Shown here in pieces: positions 17,932-26,707 of a stretch of 38,476 nt of DNA. Made by a program: the position numbers and the translations under genes. The DNA is taken from assembly GCA_965649265.1 (NCBI GenBank), contig CBFGKC010000018.1, positions 1 through 38,476 of the forward strand, in the 5' to 3' direction. How positions within the stretch are numbered: position 1 is the stretch's first letter; each line of letters starts with the position of its first letter. The DNA comes from a candidate division WOR-3 bacterium (lineage in GTDB: Bacteria; Hydrothermota; Tepidihabitantia; B3-TA06). Below the pieces are notes generated by a model. That model saw only the letters and a list, made by a program, of their open reading frames with translations. It ran no database searches and was not told the origin of the DNA.

Positions 17932-19371
17932 TTAACGAACAAGGACTACTTTCTTTGAACGCACACCCGAATCCTCTACAAGGCGCACAACGTACACCCC
18001 TTCGGGCAGGCGAACTCCTTCCTGGTCTGTCCCGTCCCAGGTCAACGTAAAGTATGCGGGAAGCACTCGTTTTGATAAGAGGGTCTTCACGCAGCGTCCT
18101 GACACGTCATATATTCCGACGTTCACGAATCCTTCCTTTGAAGGAACAAACTCTACCGAACATTCACTCTTCATCGGATTCGGGGAAACATCAAGCCGGT
18201 GGTCGTATGCGGTGTTAAGGTGTTCGGTAACCGCGAAAGCATTTCCCTGGGTCCACCAGGTTCCGTAAATGTTTGCGCTTCCGACACCGGAATTGCCGCT
18301 CCAGCAGCAGAAAGCCGAATCCCCTTCCGTCAGGACCGCAACCTGACGCTCACCCATGGTAATATTCGCTACATTTGCCGACGCAACCTTTAGCGTCAAC
18401 GGATCATTACCGGTTATCCTGTAGTGTCTGAGGGTTATTGAATCACTTCTAATGAGAATATCCGTCGAATTGCCGTCCGCATCGATCGCGGGCGCAACGT
18501 CCTCCGATCCGGGTATCGAAGCAAAACCGCTTATGACATGGGCCGTACCGTTCACGGAGAAGCCGTGAAAGAGCGAATCCGCGGTCTGGTATACGTACTC
18601 AAAACCGGCGCTTGTAGACACGACCTCGGGGTGATATTCGACCCCGGGACCCTGGGCAACCTGAACGGCCGTGAACGCCGCCGTCCCGGTCTTGCTGACC
18701 GCGCCCTTGACGTCCACGTTCGTCCCGTCGTGGTATTCGTAAAGCACCAGAACGTTGTTCATGTCACAGGCAATAGCGGGATATATCTCGTCCTTTGCAT
18801 CCTTGGTTACGGTAACGGTGTCATAAGTTCTCGCCACGCCGTCCATGTGACAGGCGGTGATGTTATGATTGTTTCCCGATCCCTTTTCCATGACGAACCA
18901 GACGGTGTTCGTGACCGGATCGACCGCGACGTCCGGATGCCCGCAGCCCTGCGACCATGTCGAAGCCCAGTTCGTCTTTATCCAGCTGAAATTGTAAGGC
19001 GATGCGTAAATCCAGCCGAGGGTGTCCGCCGACTGGTAAACGAGATGCACCGTATCCGCGACCCCTATCGCCAGGCGCGGGTAGCGTTCGTCGATATTCG
19101 CCGTGGCTGCCTGGCGCAGGTTCCAGTCGCGGCCGTAATTCGAACTCCAGGCCAGATAGATGTCATGATCGGTTTCCGACAATTCGTACTCAAATGCGAG
19201 GATGAATCTCGTTTCTTCAGTGTTCGCGACAGTTTTTACCATGGCGGGGTAGCGATCCTCGCCCGGAGTGGCGCCGATGGTTCTTATATCCATGGCCCCG
19301 ACAAATGAGACCGCTGCGGTAATTATCATAATACACGAAGTCATCGAAACTTTAAAACGAAAATTCTTCAT
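17932..19371 (-). CDS. secreted BNR/sialidase-like propeller protein with T9SS type-A-like (FlgD-Ig) C-terminal sorting domain
   Basis: Signal peptide; Asp-box-like 'SSNYGRDW'; CTD 'VSPNP...IYDVSGRCVKTL...WDGTD..G..LPEGVYVVRL...KKVVLVR'. Confidence 0.75.
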   Translation of the reverse strand: MKNFRFKVSMTSCIMIITAAVSFVGAMDIRTIGATPGEDRYPAMVKTVANTEETRFILAFEYELSETDHDIYLAWSSNYGRDWNLRQAATANIDERYPRLAIGVADTVHLVYQSADTLGWIYASPYNFSWIKTNWASTWSQGCGHPDVAVDPVTNTVWFVMEKGSGNNHNITACHMDGVARTYDTVTVTKDAKDEIYPAIACDMNNVLVLYEYHDGTNVDVKGAVSKTGTAAFTAVQVAQGPGVEYHPEVVSTSAGFEYVYQTADSLFHGFSVNGTAHVISGFASIPGSEDVAPAIDADGNSTDILIRSDSITLRHYRITGNDPLTLKVASANVANITMGERQVAVLTEGDSAFCCWSGNSGVGSANIYGTWWTQGNAFAVTEHLNTAYDHRLDVSPNPMKSECSVEFVPSKEGFVNVGIYDVSGRCVKTLLSKRVLPAYFTLTWDGTDQEGVRLPEGVYVVRLVEDSGVRSKKVVLVR

Positions 19372-19401
19372 CGTGCGCTCCTAGGTTTCCAGGCCACATC
19401 A

Positions 19402-20754
19402 TCAGTGCAAAATCACTTTCTTCACGAGCCTCTTGCTCCCCACGGCGACCGCGAAATATACACCGGAGGAGCCCGGACACTCTATAAAAGACTCTCTAGT
19501 GCCCGCATCCAGGCGCCGCCGCGTCGAGATGATTCGACCAGAGGCGTCTACGAGTTTGAGACTCATGGGTTCAACGAGGGGCTTTGTGAACAAAACTTTA
19601 ATGTTTCCCGCGGATTGAACTACCGAGAAATCGAGGGTTATACCTTCATCAGGAGGGGGACCCTCTTGCACACCTCCACCCGGACCGACGGCATAAAGCT
19701 TCTGGTCCCAGCATCCAATGTAAACGGTGCCGTCCTGGCCTATGGCCGGGGAGGAGATGATCCTGTGCCCGGTCTTGTAATGCCAAATCTCCTGGCCGAC
19801 TGAGGATACGGCATAAAGCGTGGAGTCCGCGCAGCCGAAGTATGAAGTGCCCTGTCCGTCCACTGCCGCGGAGGATTCGATGATTCCCTTTGTAGGGAAC
19901 TCCCAGACAACGTCACCCTTGTTGTTCAAACAGTAAAAAGTGGAATCCCAGGCACCTACGAGTATCTCACCCGAGGGCGAAATCGCCGGACTGGCCGTCA
20001 CTTTTCCACCCAGAAGCTTCTTGAAGGCCGTTGTTCCGGTTTCGTGGATCGAATAGAGATAAGAATCGTTGGAACCCAGCGATACGGTTTGAGCTGAGAC
20101 CGTCGGTGAGCTTTTGCCTCCGCCTACTTCTTTCTGCCATGAGGATGTACCGGACGATGTGACGCAGTGAAGATAATTCGGGCCGGGCCACCACGTTACT
20201 ATATATATTGATGTGCCGGATTTTGCAGGGCTTGCATCGACAGATCCCGACGTGCGGAAAACCCACTGCTGTTTTCCGTTGGTCGAATTAATACAGTAAA
20301 GATTGGAATCGGCGGCGATGTAAATACTAGATCCATCCACGATGGGCGACGACGAAGCCGCAAACTGCCCGGATGCCGCGAAATTCCACTTCTCGCTTCC
20401 TTCCGATGTGACCGCGACAAGCTTACCCGCGCTCGTCCCCATGCAGATATCGCCGTTGGCAAGTATTGCAGGTGCTGCATTTATAGGCGCACCCGTATTG
20501 TACCGCCAGCGCTCTTTTCCGTCGGGACCCACCGCGATAAGATAGCCTGAATTGGTACCTATATAGATGGTTCCATCCTCCGCCACCGTCGGTGAGGATG
20601 ACGTCGTCGAACCCAGATTAAATTGCCACAAAAGAGTCGCTTCGGAGGGTCCGTCAACGGCAGTCTGCCCCGTATGTTCTATATCTTTTTGAAACATAGG
20701 CCACGGATGAGCAGCCATCATCATAATCAGCACTAAAACATTGCACTCACTCAT
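19402..20754 (-). CDS. PQQ-like (BamB-type) beta-propeller protein with T9SS-like C-terminal domain
   Basis: 'WPMFQKD..HTG' start; repeated 'SSP.I..DGT.YIG' and 'G..KW.F' blades; tail 'LVDASGRII...SGVYF...KKVILH'. Confidence 0.82.
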   Translation of the reverse strand: MSECNVLVLIMMMAAHPWPMFQKDIEHTGQTAVDGPSEATLLWQFNLGSTTSSSPTVAEDGTIYIGTNSGYLIAVGPDGKERWRYNTGAPINAAPAILANGDICMGTSAGKLVAVTSEGSEKWNFAASGQFAASSSPIVDGSSIYIAADSNLYCINSTNGKQQWVFRTSGSVDASPAKSGTSIYIVTWWPGPNYLHCVTSSGTSSWQKEVGGGKSSPTVSAQTVSLGSNDSYLYSIHETGTTAFKKLLGGKVTASPAISPSGEILVGAWDSTFYCLNNKGDVVWEFPTKGIIESSAAVDGQGTSYFGCADSTLYAVSSVGQEIWHYKTGHRIISSPAIGQDGTVYIGCWDQKLYAVGPGGGVQEGPPPDEGITLDFSVVQSAGNIKVLFTKPLVEPMSLKLVDASGRIISTRRRLDAGTRESFIECPGSSGVYFAVAVGSKRLVKKVILH

Positions 20755-20788
20755 TCAATCTCCCACGTAATCCTTTTATTTATCTTAA

Positions 20789-20816
20789 ATAATATGGAGA
20801 GGATTGGCATTGTCAA
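20789..20816 (-). promoter_or_regulatory. promoter TTGACA-N16-TATTAT for the four-gene secreted-protein operon
   Basis: Minus strand TTGACA 20816-20811, TATTAT 20794-20789. Confidence 0.75.
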
Positions 20817-20840
20817 CCCTTCCCTAGGTAAAAATACCTA

Positions 20841-21410
20841 CTACTCGTCATGGATGTTTTTTGCATTAAATTGCTCGTAGGAGGTGATATCGGCAAGGTT
20901 TTTTCTCGACCTGGGTGCCGGATCCTCGTCCGGATAGCCACATCCTATAATGGCGACAACCTGGTATGCGGCAGGAAGACCTGTAATCTTGCGGACCGTT
21001 TTCTCGTCGAACCAGCCTATCCAGCACGTACCCAGCCCCAGAGCGGTGGCGGCAAGTACCAGGTGCTCTCCTGCGATACCGGCATCGAGTCTGTGCAACA
21101 CTTTACCGAAGACCCCGGCTATCGCATGGGTCAAGGCGCTCTTCATGGCTAAAACGAATACGACCGGCGCACCGGAGAGCCATGATATGATGAATCGCGA
21201 ACCAGGGGGTGCGGCCTTTGAAAGCGCCTCTATTTTATTCTTGTCCCTTACCACGACAAAGTGCCAGGCCTGCGAATTGCTGGCCGACGGTGCGAGTCTT
21301 GCCGCTTCAAGCATCTTTTGGATTTTCTCCTCCTCCACCGGTTCTTTCCTGTACTTGCGAATGCTCCTGCGCTTTTTTATTATTTCAAAAAACGATTCCC
21401 ACGTATCCAC
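20841..21410 (-). CDS. nitroreductase family protein
   Basis: 'IKKRRSIRKY', 'ARLAPSASNSQAWHFVVV', 'LAATALGLGTCWIG'. Start set at GTG 21410; the longer ORF overlaps the divergent gene and its promoter. Confidence 0.88.
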   Translation of the reverse strand: MDTWESFFEIIKKRRSIRKYRKEPVEEEKIQKMLEAARLAPSASNSQAWHFVVVRDKNKIEALSKAAPPGSRFIISWLSGAPVVFVLAMKSALTHAIAGVFGKVLHRLDAGIAGEHLVLAATALGLGTCWIGWFDEKTVRKITGLPAAYQVVAIIGCGYPDEDPAPRSRKNLADITSYEQFNAKNIHDE

Positions 21411-21415
21411 CAGGA

Positions 21416-21499
21416 AGCATACCTCTCCAACGTTACTTGTCAAGACAAGTAAAACTACACCAGGACCAGGCTTGACAATTTCATGGATTAAAGTAGTCT
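21416..21499. promoter_or_regulatory. divergent promoter pair: (-) TTGACA-N16-TATGCT and (+) TTGACA-N16-TAGTCT
   Basis: Minus: 21443-21438 and 21421-21416; plus: 21472-21477 and 21494-21499. Confidence 0.7.
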
Positions 21500-21531
21500 T
21501 ATCTAAAAGATAAAGATTCAAGGAGGAAACG

Positions 21532-22011
21532 TTGAAAAGAATAGCGATTGGCTTTTTTGCCGTCATGCTTCTCGTAAGTTGCGGCCCAACGAGACCTAAA
21601 GGCATCAAGAACTTTCAGTTCCGTCTGGCCGATCTGGATGTGGTCGAAACCGCTCTCACTTATGCAAAGTTGAATCTGGTCATTGACGCCGTAAACCCAA
21701 ACGGCGTAGACGTGCTGGTGGACAGAATGGAATACGAGATATACGTCAACGGCCAGAACATAGGAAGCGGTGCGGCGAGTTTTAAAACGATGTTCGCTCC
21801 AGGCGAATCCAAAAAGCTTCAAGGCAAGGTTGCCGTCGACTACATTTCGAGCGGGCTTGCCGTTCTAAACCTCATAAAATCCGACTTTGCCAGCTACAGC
21901 CTGAATGCCAAGGTTTATTACGAGACCCCCATGGGCAACTATCACTCGTGGCAAACCATCTCGCACGCGAGCATGTCGACCGAACCCTTCGAATTCGACG
22001 ACCACCCATGA
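21532..22011 (+). CDS. LEA type 2 (WHy domain) lipoprotein
   Basis: AGGAGG SD, TTG start, lipobox 'LVSC', 'AVNPNGVDV...MEYEIYVNG'. Confidence 0.8.
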   Translation: MKRIAIGFFAVMLLVSCGPTRPKGIKNFQFRLADLDVVETALTYAKLNLVIDAVNPNGVDVLVDRMEYEIYVNGQNIGSGAASFKTMFAPGESKKLQGKVAVDYISSGLAVLNLIKSDFASYSLNAKVYYETPMGNYHSWQTISHASMSTEPFEFDDHP

Positions 22012-22448
22012 AGAAATTAGTACTCTTGCCATTGCTCGCTCTCACGTTCTCGAGCTGTGCGCTGATTCAGCGGATAGCCCTGAAGAACTGCGAGTTCAGG
22101 CTTGCCGGGACCGTAATCAAGGAACTGGCGCTTACCTACCTCAAACTCGGCATCATCATTGACGTGACTAATCCAAACTCCATAGACGTCGTCCTGGACA
22201 GGATGCGCTTCGATCTCTACATCAACGACACGAAGGTCGCGAACGCCACGTCCAACCTCAAGACCACTATAGCATCGGGCGCTTCCGTAAAAGTGACACC
22301 GGTGGTTACCCTGGATTATGCGCAGGTGGGCGCGGCAATAATATCGGCGATAAAAAATCTTTCCGCCAATTACACCGTGATCGGCACCGTATACTTCGAT
22401 ACCCCCATCGGTTCGTTCAGTTTTCCTGTGACCATCGTGAAGGGGTAG
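22008..22448 (+). CDS. LEA type 2 (WHy domain) lipoprotein, paralog
   Basis: ATG 22008 overlaps upstream stop (ATGA); lipobox 'FSSC'; 'VTNPNSIDVVLDRMRFDLYIND'. Confidence 0.82.
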   Translation: MKKLVLLPLLALTFSSCALIQRIALKNCEFRLAGTVIKELALTYLKLGIIIDVTNPNSIDVVLDRMRFDLYINDTKVANATSNLKTTIASGASVKVTPVVTLDYAQVGAAIISAIKNLSANYTVIGTVYFDTPIGSFSFPVTIVKG

Positions 22449-22589
22449 TTTAAAAATTACTAGTAAAAGAGAGCCGCTTTTCTCTCGATTAATGTTTCTG
22501 AAATTAAAGGAAGGGGTCATCCGGGGTCGTTCCGTAAGAGACGAGGATTCACGACTTAGGGCGAGGGGATTCCGTGAAAACGTAAAAAC

Positions 22590-22617
22590 TTGACAATGAA
22601 GAAAAAAATTGTATGAT
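22590..22617 (+). promoter_or_regulatory. promoter TTGACA-N16-TATGAT
   Basis: TTGACA 22590-22595, TATGAT 22612-22617, upstream of GAGGAGG SD and ATG 22652. Confidence 0.78.
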
Positions 22618-22651
22618 TCTTTAACGAAGTATTCTTTAAAGAGGAGGTATC

Positions 22652-22882
22652 ATGCCTTGCACAAAATCTCAGGTTCACGGCGCAGTGGCCTCGTGGGCCG
22701 GAGTTTCAAACGTGACGGCTGAGACCGTACTCAACGGTCTGGGCGGAAAACAATGGCCTAAAGACGCGCCCGCACTGATTGCGAATGTCGAGAATATGTG
22801 CGGCTGCACAATCCCTCCCGGCGATTACGAGCTATTCGCTCGTGTTGCGGATATAGATGAGTGGGTTGGTGCAGGCGATTAA
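22652..22882 (+). CDS. 76-aa acyl-carrier-protein-like protein lacking the phosphopantetheinylation serine
   Basis: Strong SD and promoter; pattern V..A...GV..VT.ET.L..LG....D...LI..VE..CG..IP..DYE.F..V.DI...V matches ACP by eye, but DSL is replaced by 'GKQWPKD'. Confidence 0.6.
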   Translation: MPCTKSQVHGAVASWAGVSNVTAETVLNGLGGKQWPKDAPALIANVENMCGCTIPPGDYELFARVADIDEWVGAGD

Positions 22883-22985
22883 AAGACTCAATCTCGCAGT
22901 CTGAGCGATAAGTCACGAGGAGGCGTTTATCTATAAGGACCAAGATAAGCCCCCCGCAGGCGGGAACCAGAGTGAACGATTCCTG

Positions 22986-24083
22986 TTGAAGGCAAGAGAG
23001 GCAATCGGCAGGGGTGAAAAAGAGGAGGCTCTTCGCTGTGCCATAGAAGGCCTCAAGCACGATTCCAAGGGGAAGGAATCGGCGGAACTTAACCGTATTG
23101 CGGCAGAGGTCTTGTTTGAAAGCGGCTCGGCCAATACGGCCAAGGCCCACGCGGAAAAAGCTTATTACCTGAGCCAGGGAGGGGGGGACGCCCTTGAAAA
23201 TTACAGGAGCGCAATGCTCCTGGGTCAAGTCTTCGCCAGAATGGATCTTTACGAAGAAGCCCGCAGGGTCTGGAATCGCGCCCTCGAGCTGGGCAAGCAG
23301 AGGGATGATTTGAGAATGCAGGGCAGCGCACTTCTGAACATTGCGATGCTTGAACAGCGAAGAGGCAATCACGAGGGCGCTCTCATAATACTGGACGAAG
23401 TCGAGGAGAGCTTATCCAAGATAGACAGTCTGAAGTTATTCGCCATTTGCTGCAGCAGGAAAACCCTTTCGTACCTTGAGATGGACAAGGTCGATCTTGC
23501 CGTGGAATCATGCAAGAGACTCGAATCGATAGCGCGGGAAACAGGCGCGGTGGGATTGATAGCAAGCGCCTGCTTCCGCAGGGGAACCATACATCTCGAA
23601 AAGGACGAGTTTGAAAAGGCCATCGAACCGTTCCAGGAGGCGGCGGCGATATACAAGGAGGCGGGTGACAATAAAAACCTGGCCTTTTCACTGTGCAATC
23701 TCGCCTCGGCGTACATCGGTCTCGAACAGCCTGATGAGGTCGAGCTGCTTCTCAAGCAGGTTCTTTCACTGGCCAGCGGCGTCGAATCCACCCTCGTCAT
23801 GAGTGAAGCCCAGCTTGTGCTTGCCGAGCTGGCGGTATTCAGACGCAGCGTCTCCAGGATTGTCGACTGCTACGGTGAGGCCCTGAGACTGGCCAGGGAA
23901 CTCAACAACGAAGACCGCTTCAGGGCATTTCACGAGAGCCTGGGGGAGTCGTTGACGAAGATGAATTTCAATATTCCGGGCATAAGGGAAACGCTCGAGC
24001 GGGCGCGCGCGGACTACAAAAAGCTGGGGCTGCCAAAGGAGCTTGCCGAACTCGAGGAGTGGCTGAACCGCCTGCCGCAGTAG
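22986..24083 (+). CDS. all-TPR protein (MalT/Rap-like TPR repeats); true start may be ATC 22929
   Basis: Repeated TPR helices 'YEEARRVWNRALEL', 'ALLNIA', 'FEKAIEPFQEAAAIYKEAGD', 'SLCNLA'; no HTH or enzyme domain visible. Confidence 0.8.
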   Translation: MKAREAIGRGEKEEALRCAIEGLKHDSKGKESAELNRIAAEVLFESGSANTAKAHAEKAYYLSQGGGDALENYRSAMLLGQVFARMDLYEEARRVWNRALELGKQRDDLRMQGSALLNIAMLEQRRGNHEGALIILDEVEESLSKIDSLKLFAICCSRKTLSYLEMDKVDLAVESCKRLESIARETGAVGLIASACFRRGTIHLEKDEFEKAIEPFQEAAAIYKEAGDNKNLAFSLCNLASAYIGLEQPDEVELLLKQVLSLASGVESTLVMSEAQLVLAELAVFRRSVSRIVDCYGEALRLARELNNEDRFRAFHESLGESLTKMNFNIPGIRETLERARADYKKLGLPKELAELEEWLNRLPQ

Positions 24084-24257
24084 CTCGTTTACCCATTTAC
24101 AATCGATCCTCGTAAAGCTATACCCGACGGCTTGCTTGGATGATTACAAGCGGCCGCAGCATCCCGACTACCAGGAAGAATTCTGAATCCGCGATGCGTT
24201 AGATATCTGACGTCGCGGTGGTGTCCATGCGGGCAGGCCAGGAACAGAATGCGAATG

Positions 24258-25409
24258 CTACCGGATTCCTCTGGGGATGAACAGTTCCTCGAAACAACGG
24301 ACTGCGTAGTTGTCGGTCATGCCCGATATGAAATCGAGGACGATCTGGGCCGGTGAAGAGTCCCGCTCGCAGTCGGTGTAGCGGACGAAATAGTCGAGCT
24401 GCGTAAAGACCTGCGGCTTTTCACGCTCGTCGGATTTCGGCTCCGCAATGTACTCATGGAGCCTTTCGAACAGGAGCCTGATTATCTCGTGGACGTTCTC
24501 GCGCTGGCGGGCGACTCGCGGGTGCCTGTAGATCATCTCGTAATTGAAGACGTAAAGTTTCCTGACCGCCGAGTTGATTAGCTCGCTGAAGCCTATGGCT
24601 TCAGGATGGCTGTCATTGCCCTTTATCAGGTCCTCGACCATTGCGCCGATTATCTTCCCGTTGTTGGTTCCGAGTATCCGGCGGACCTCTTCGGGCACGT
24701 CCTCCTCTCTTACGAGATGAGCCCTCAACGCATCCTCGAGATCCCTCCCCAGGTAGGCAACCCTGTCGACTATCCTCACTATGCATCCCTCGAGGGTCGC
24801 CGGTTTGTCTCTGCCTCGTTGCGTTTCGTAGAGCTTTAGAGGGTCTTTCCCGGAGTCGGGTTCCACGAGCGGCTCCGCGGTTTCGCCGTAGTGTGACACG
24901 ATGCCGTCGCGCACCTCGAACGTCAGATTGAGGCCGGCCTTCTCCTTGCCGATTAACTTGGCAAGATAATCCACCGTCCGCAGAGAATGCAGCTCGTGCT
25001 CGAATCTCAAGCCGTGATTTACGGCAACCTCGTCAAGTGCGCGTTCACCCTCGTGGCCGAAGGGCGCGTGCCCGAGATCGTGGCCGAGCGCTATCGCGTT
25101 CACCAGGTCGGAGTTGAGTCCGAGTGCCCGCGCGATGGTGGTGGAAATCGACGCGACGTAGAGCGCGTGCTCCATGCGGGTCGCGATGTGGTCGTTTTCG
25201 GGCAGAAGGAAGACCTGCGTTTTATGCCTGAGTCGTCTGAACGACAGGCTGTAGAGGATTCGCTGCGAATCGCGTTCGAACACCGTCCTGACCGGATCCT
25301 GAGGCTCCTCGACCAATCTTCCCTTAGAGTTCATTGAAAGAGTTGCGAGAGGGTGAAAGTATATGCGCGGCTCGAGTTCCTCGCGGCGCCGACGAATCGA
25401 TTCACTCAT
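24258..25409 (-). CDS. dgt: dGTP triphosphohydrolase-like HD-domain protein
   Basis: 'RTVFERDSQRILYSLSFRRLRHKTQVF', 'TRMEH', 'GHDLGHAPFGHEGE', 'DFISGMTDNYA'. Start set at ATG 25409 because TTG 25442 is the -35 box. Confidence 0.88.
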   Translation of the reverse strand: MSESIRRRREELEPRIYFHPLATLSMNSKGRLVEEPQDPVRTVFERDSQRILYSLSFRRLRHKTQVFLLPENDHIATRMEHALYVASISTTIARALGLNSDLVNAIALGHDLGHAPFGHEGERALDEVAVNHGLRFEHELHSLRTVDYLAKLIGKEKAGLNLTFEVRDGIVSHYGETAEPLVEPDSGKDPLKLYETQRGRDKPATLEGCIVRIVDRVAYLGRDLEDALRAHLVREEDVPEEVRRILGTNNGKIIGAMVEDLIKGNDSHPEAIGFSELINSAVRKLYVFNYEMIYRHPRVARQRENVHEIIRLLFERLHEYIAEPKSDEREKPQVFTQLDYFVRYTDCERDSSPAQIVLDFISGMTDNYAVRCFEELFIPRGIR

Positions 25410-25414
25410 TCGCG

Positions 25415-25533
25415 AGTTTAACATTACCTGTCGTCTAGTCAACCGCTAAGACAAAGCCGGGCGATGAGGCGCAAGATTACCGCTAATCCAGGCATCCAAA
25501 AGTATTGACAACCGATGCGCGTTAACATATCCT
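25415..25533. promoter_or_regulatory. divergent promoters: (-) TTGACT-N16-TAAACT (extended TGn) and (+) TTGACA-N17-TATCCT
   Basis: Minus 25442-25437 and 25420-25415; plus 25505-25510 and 25528-25533; each -10 box ends 5 nt before an ATG. Confidence 0.7.
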
Positions 25534-25538
25534 TAAGC

Positions 25539-26114
25539 ATGGCAGATTCAAATCGTTTCTGGATAAGGATGCTTCTTGCGATGCTCTTTCCTTTCATATT
25601 GGCCGGCGGCGCACAGGTCGTACTCGGGGTGGTCACAAAGCTTCCGGATATATGGGTTCCTGCATCGCAGATAGCGGTTTTCGCGGCGGTTTTCGGTTTT
25701 CTTCTCGTCGCATGGCGCGAGCGAGGCTTTCTTTACGTTCTGATATCGATAATCCTAATCTCCGTGGTCGGAGGGATATTGGGAAAGTTTCTGGGGTCGA
25801 TAATTCTCCAGATGCTTTTCATCCTGGCAATCCAGATCATCGGTCTGGCTTTCCTCATCCCCACGGACATGCTCGGTCGGCCCCGGCTCCTTCTGCGGGC
25901 TCTTTTTTCGGCTGCTGGCGGGTTTGCGGCCGGGCTCTTGATTTCGGGAATCATTGGCAGCGTCAATGCGGGGGGAGCGGGCTTCGCAGCGGGGATTGAG
26001 GCAGGCATACCTTACGTCCTCGAGGTCTCGCTTTCAGTAGCAGCGGGTGTTTTATTGACGAGGATCATTGCGGGCGAAAAAACAAGCAAACAACCTGTAA
26101 AGGAGTTGGAATGA
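25539..26114 (+). CDS. hypothetical polytopic membrane protein (about 6 TM)
   Basis: Hydrophobic throughout; paralogous to next gene ('AAVFGFLLVAWRERGFLY' vs 'AAVLGFVVLAWDEEGFFY'). Confidence 0.75.
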   Translation: MADSNRFWIRMLLAMLFPFILAGGAQVVLGVVTKLPDIWVPASQIAVFAAVFGFLLVAWRERGFLYVLISIILISVVGGILGKFLGSIILQMLFILAIQIIGLAFLIPTDMLGRPRLLLRALFSAAGGFAAGLLISGIIGSVNAGGAGFAAGIEAGIPYVLEVSLSVAAGVLLTRIIAGEKTSKQPVKELE

Positions 26115-26656
26115 AGGAACGTAACAGTTGGCTTAAGATAATCCTCGTTCTCGCGGTCGCCTTCCTTGTGGCAGGCCTTCTGAACGGGCTTCTGCAGAGG
26201 GGGTGGTGGGGCGACCTGGGTCTCAAGGTCTCTCTTCTGGCCGCCGTGCTGGGATTCGTGGTTCTTGCATGGGATGAGGAGGGGTTCTTTTACGCGCTCG
26301 GCAGCGCCGTCATCCTCTCGGCGATGGTCGCCATCGTGGGAAGCTATCCCGGAAACCCCCTGCTCAGGGGGCTCTTCACGATTCTGTACTTCGCTCTCTT
26401 CGCCGGATTCATGTTCCTGGGCGACTGGGTCAGCCGCCGCATACTCGTCCTTCGCGCGGTCGTGAGCTTTGCCGGCGGTGTCTTGGCCGGAGTCGTGGTC
26501 GTCTACCTCCTCCCCCTCATCTACAATCCGCTTGCGGTGTTCATGAAAAACCTGCAGGGCGACCTCATCTCGGCAATCGTCACCACGGGCGGCGTGGCCG
26601 TCGCAATCCTCATCGCACGCCTCATCGGCGGCTCGAAGAAGGAGAGCAGGGACTAG
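26111..26656 (+). CDS. hypothetical polytopic membrane protein, paralog
   Basis: ATGA overlap with upstream gene; AAGGAG SD; about 6 TM. Confidence 0.78.
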   Translation: MKERNSWLKIILVLAVAFLVAGLLNGLLQRGWWGDLGLKVSLLAAVLGFVVLAWDEEGFFYALGSAVILSAMVAIVGSYPGNPLLRGLFTILYFALFAGFMFLGDWVSRRILVLRAVVSFAGGVLAGVVVVYLLPLIYNPLAVFMKNLQGDLISAIVTTGGVAVAILIARLIGGSKKESRD

Positions 26657-26707
26657 TAATCCTCCCTTTTACCTGTGGTAAAAGGTTCGGAATTTCCGGA
26701 AGCGTAG

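Noticed and set aside
13658-19308. Long plus-strand ORFs (13658-14260, 17212-17766, 18538-19308) and similar shadow ORFs elsewhere, e.g. 22758-23372 minus
   Set aside because: Antisense to well-supported genes, no SD or motifs; typical codon-bias shadows
22652-22882. RiPP precursor or RRNPP quorum-sensing propeptide
   Set aside because: No modifying enzymes, transporter or signal peptide; full-length ACP-like pattern explains the sequence better
24258-25409. dGTPase as an anti-phage defence gene
   Set aside because: Looks like the common short housekeeping dgt-like form; no defence or mobile genes nearby
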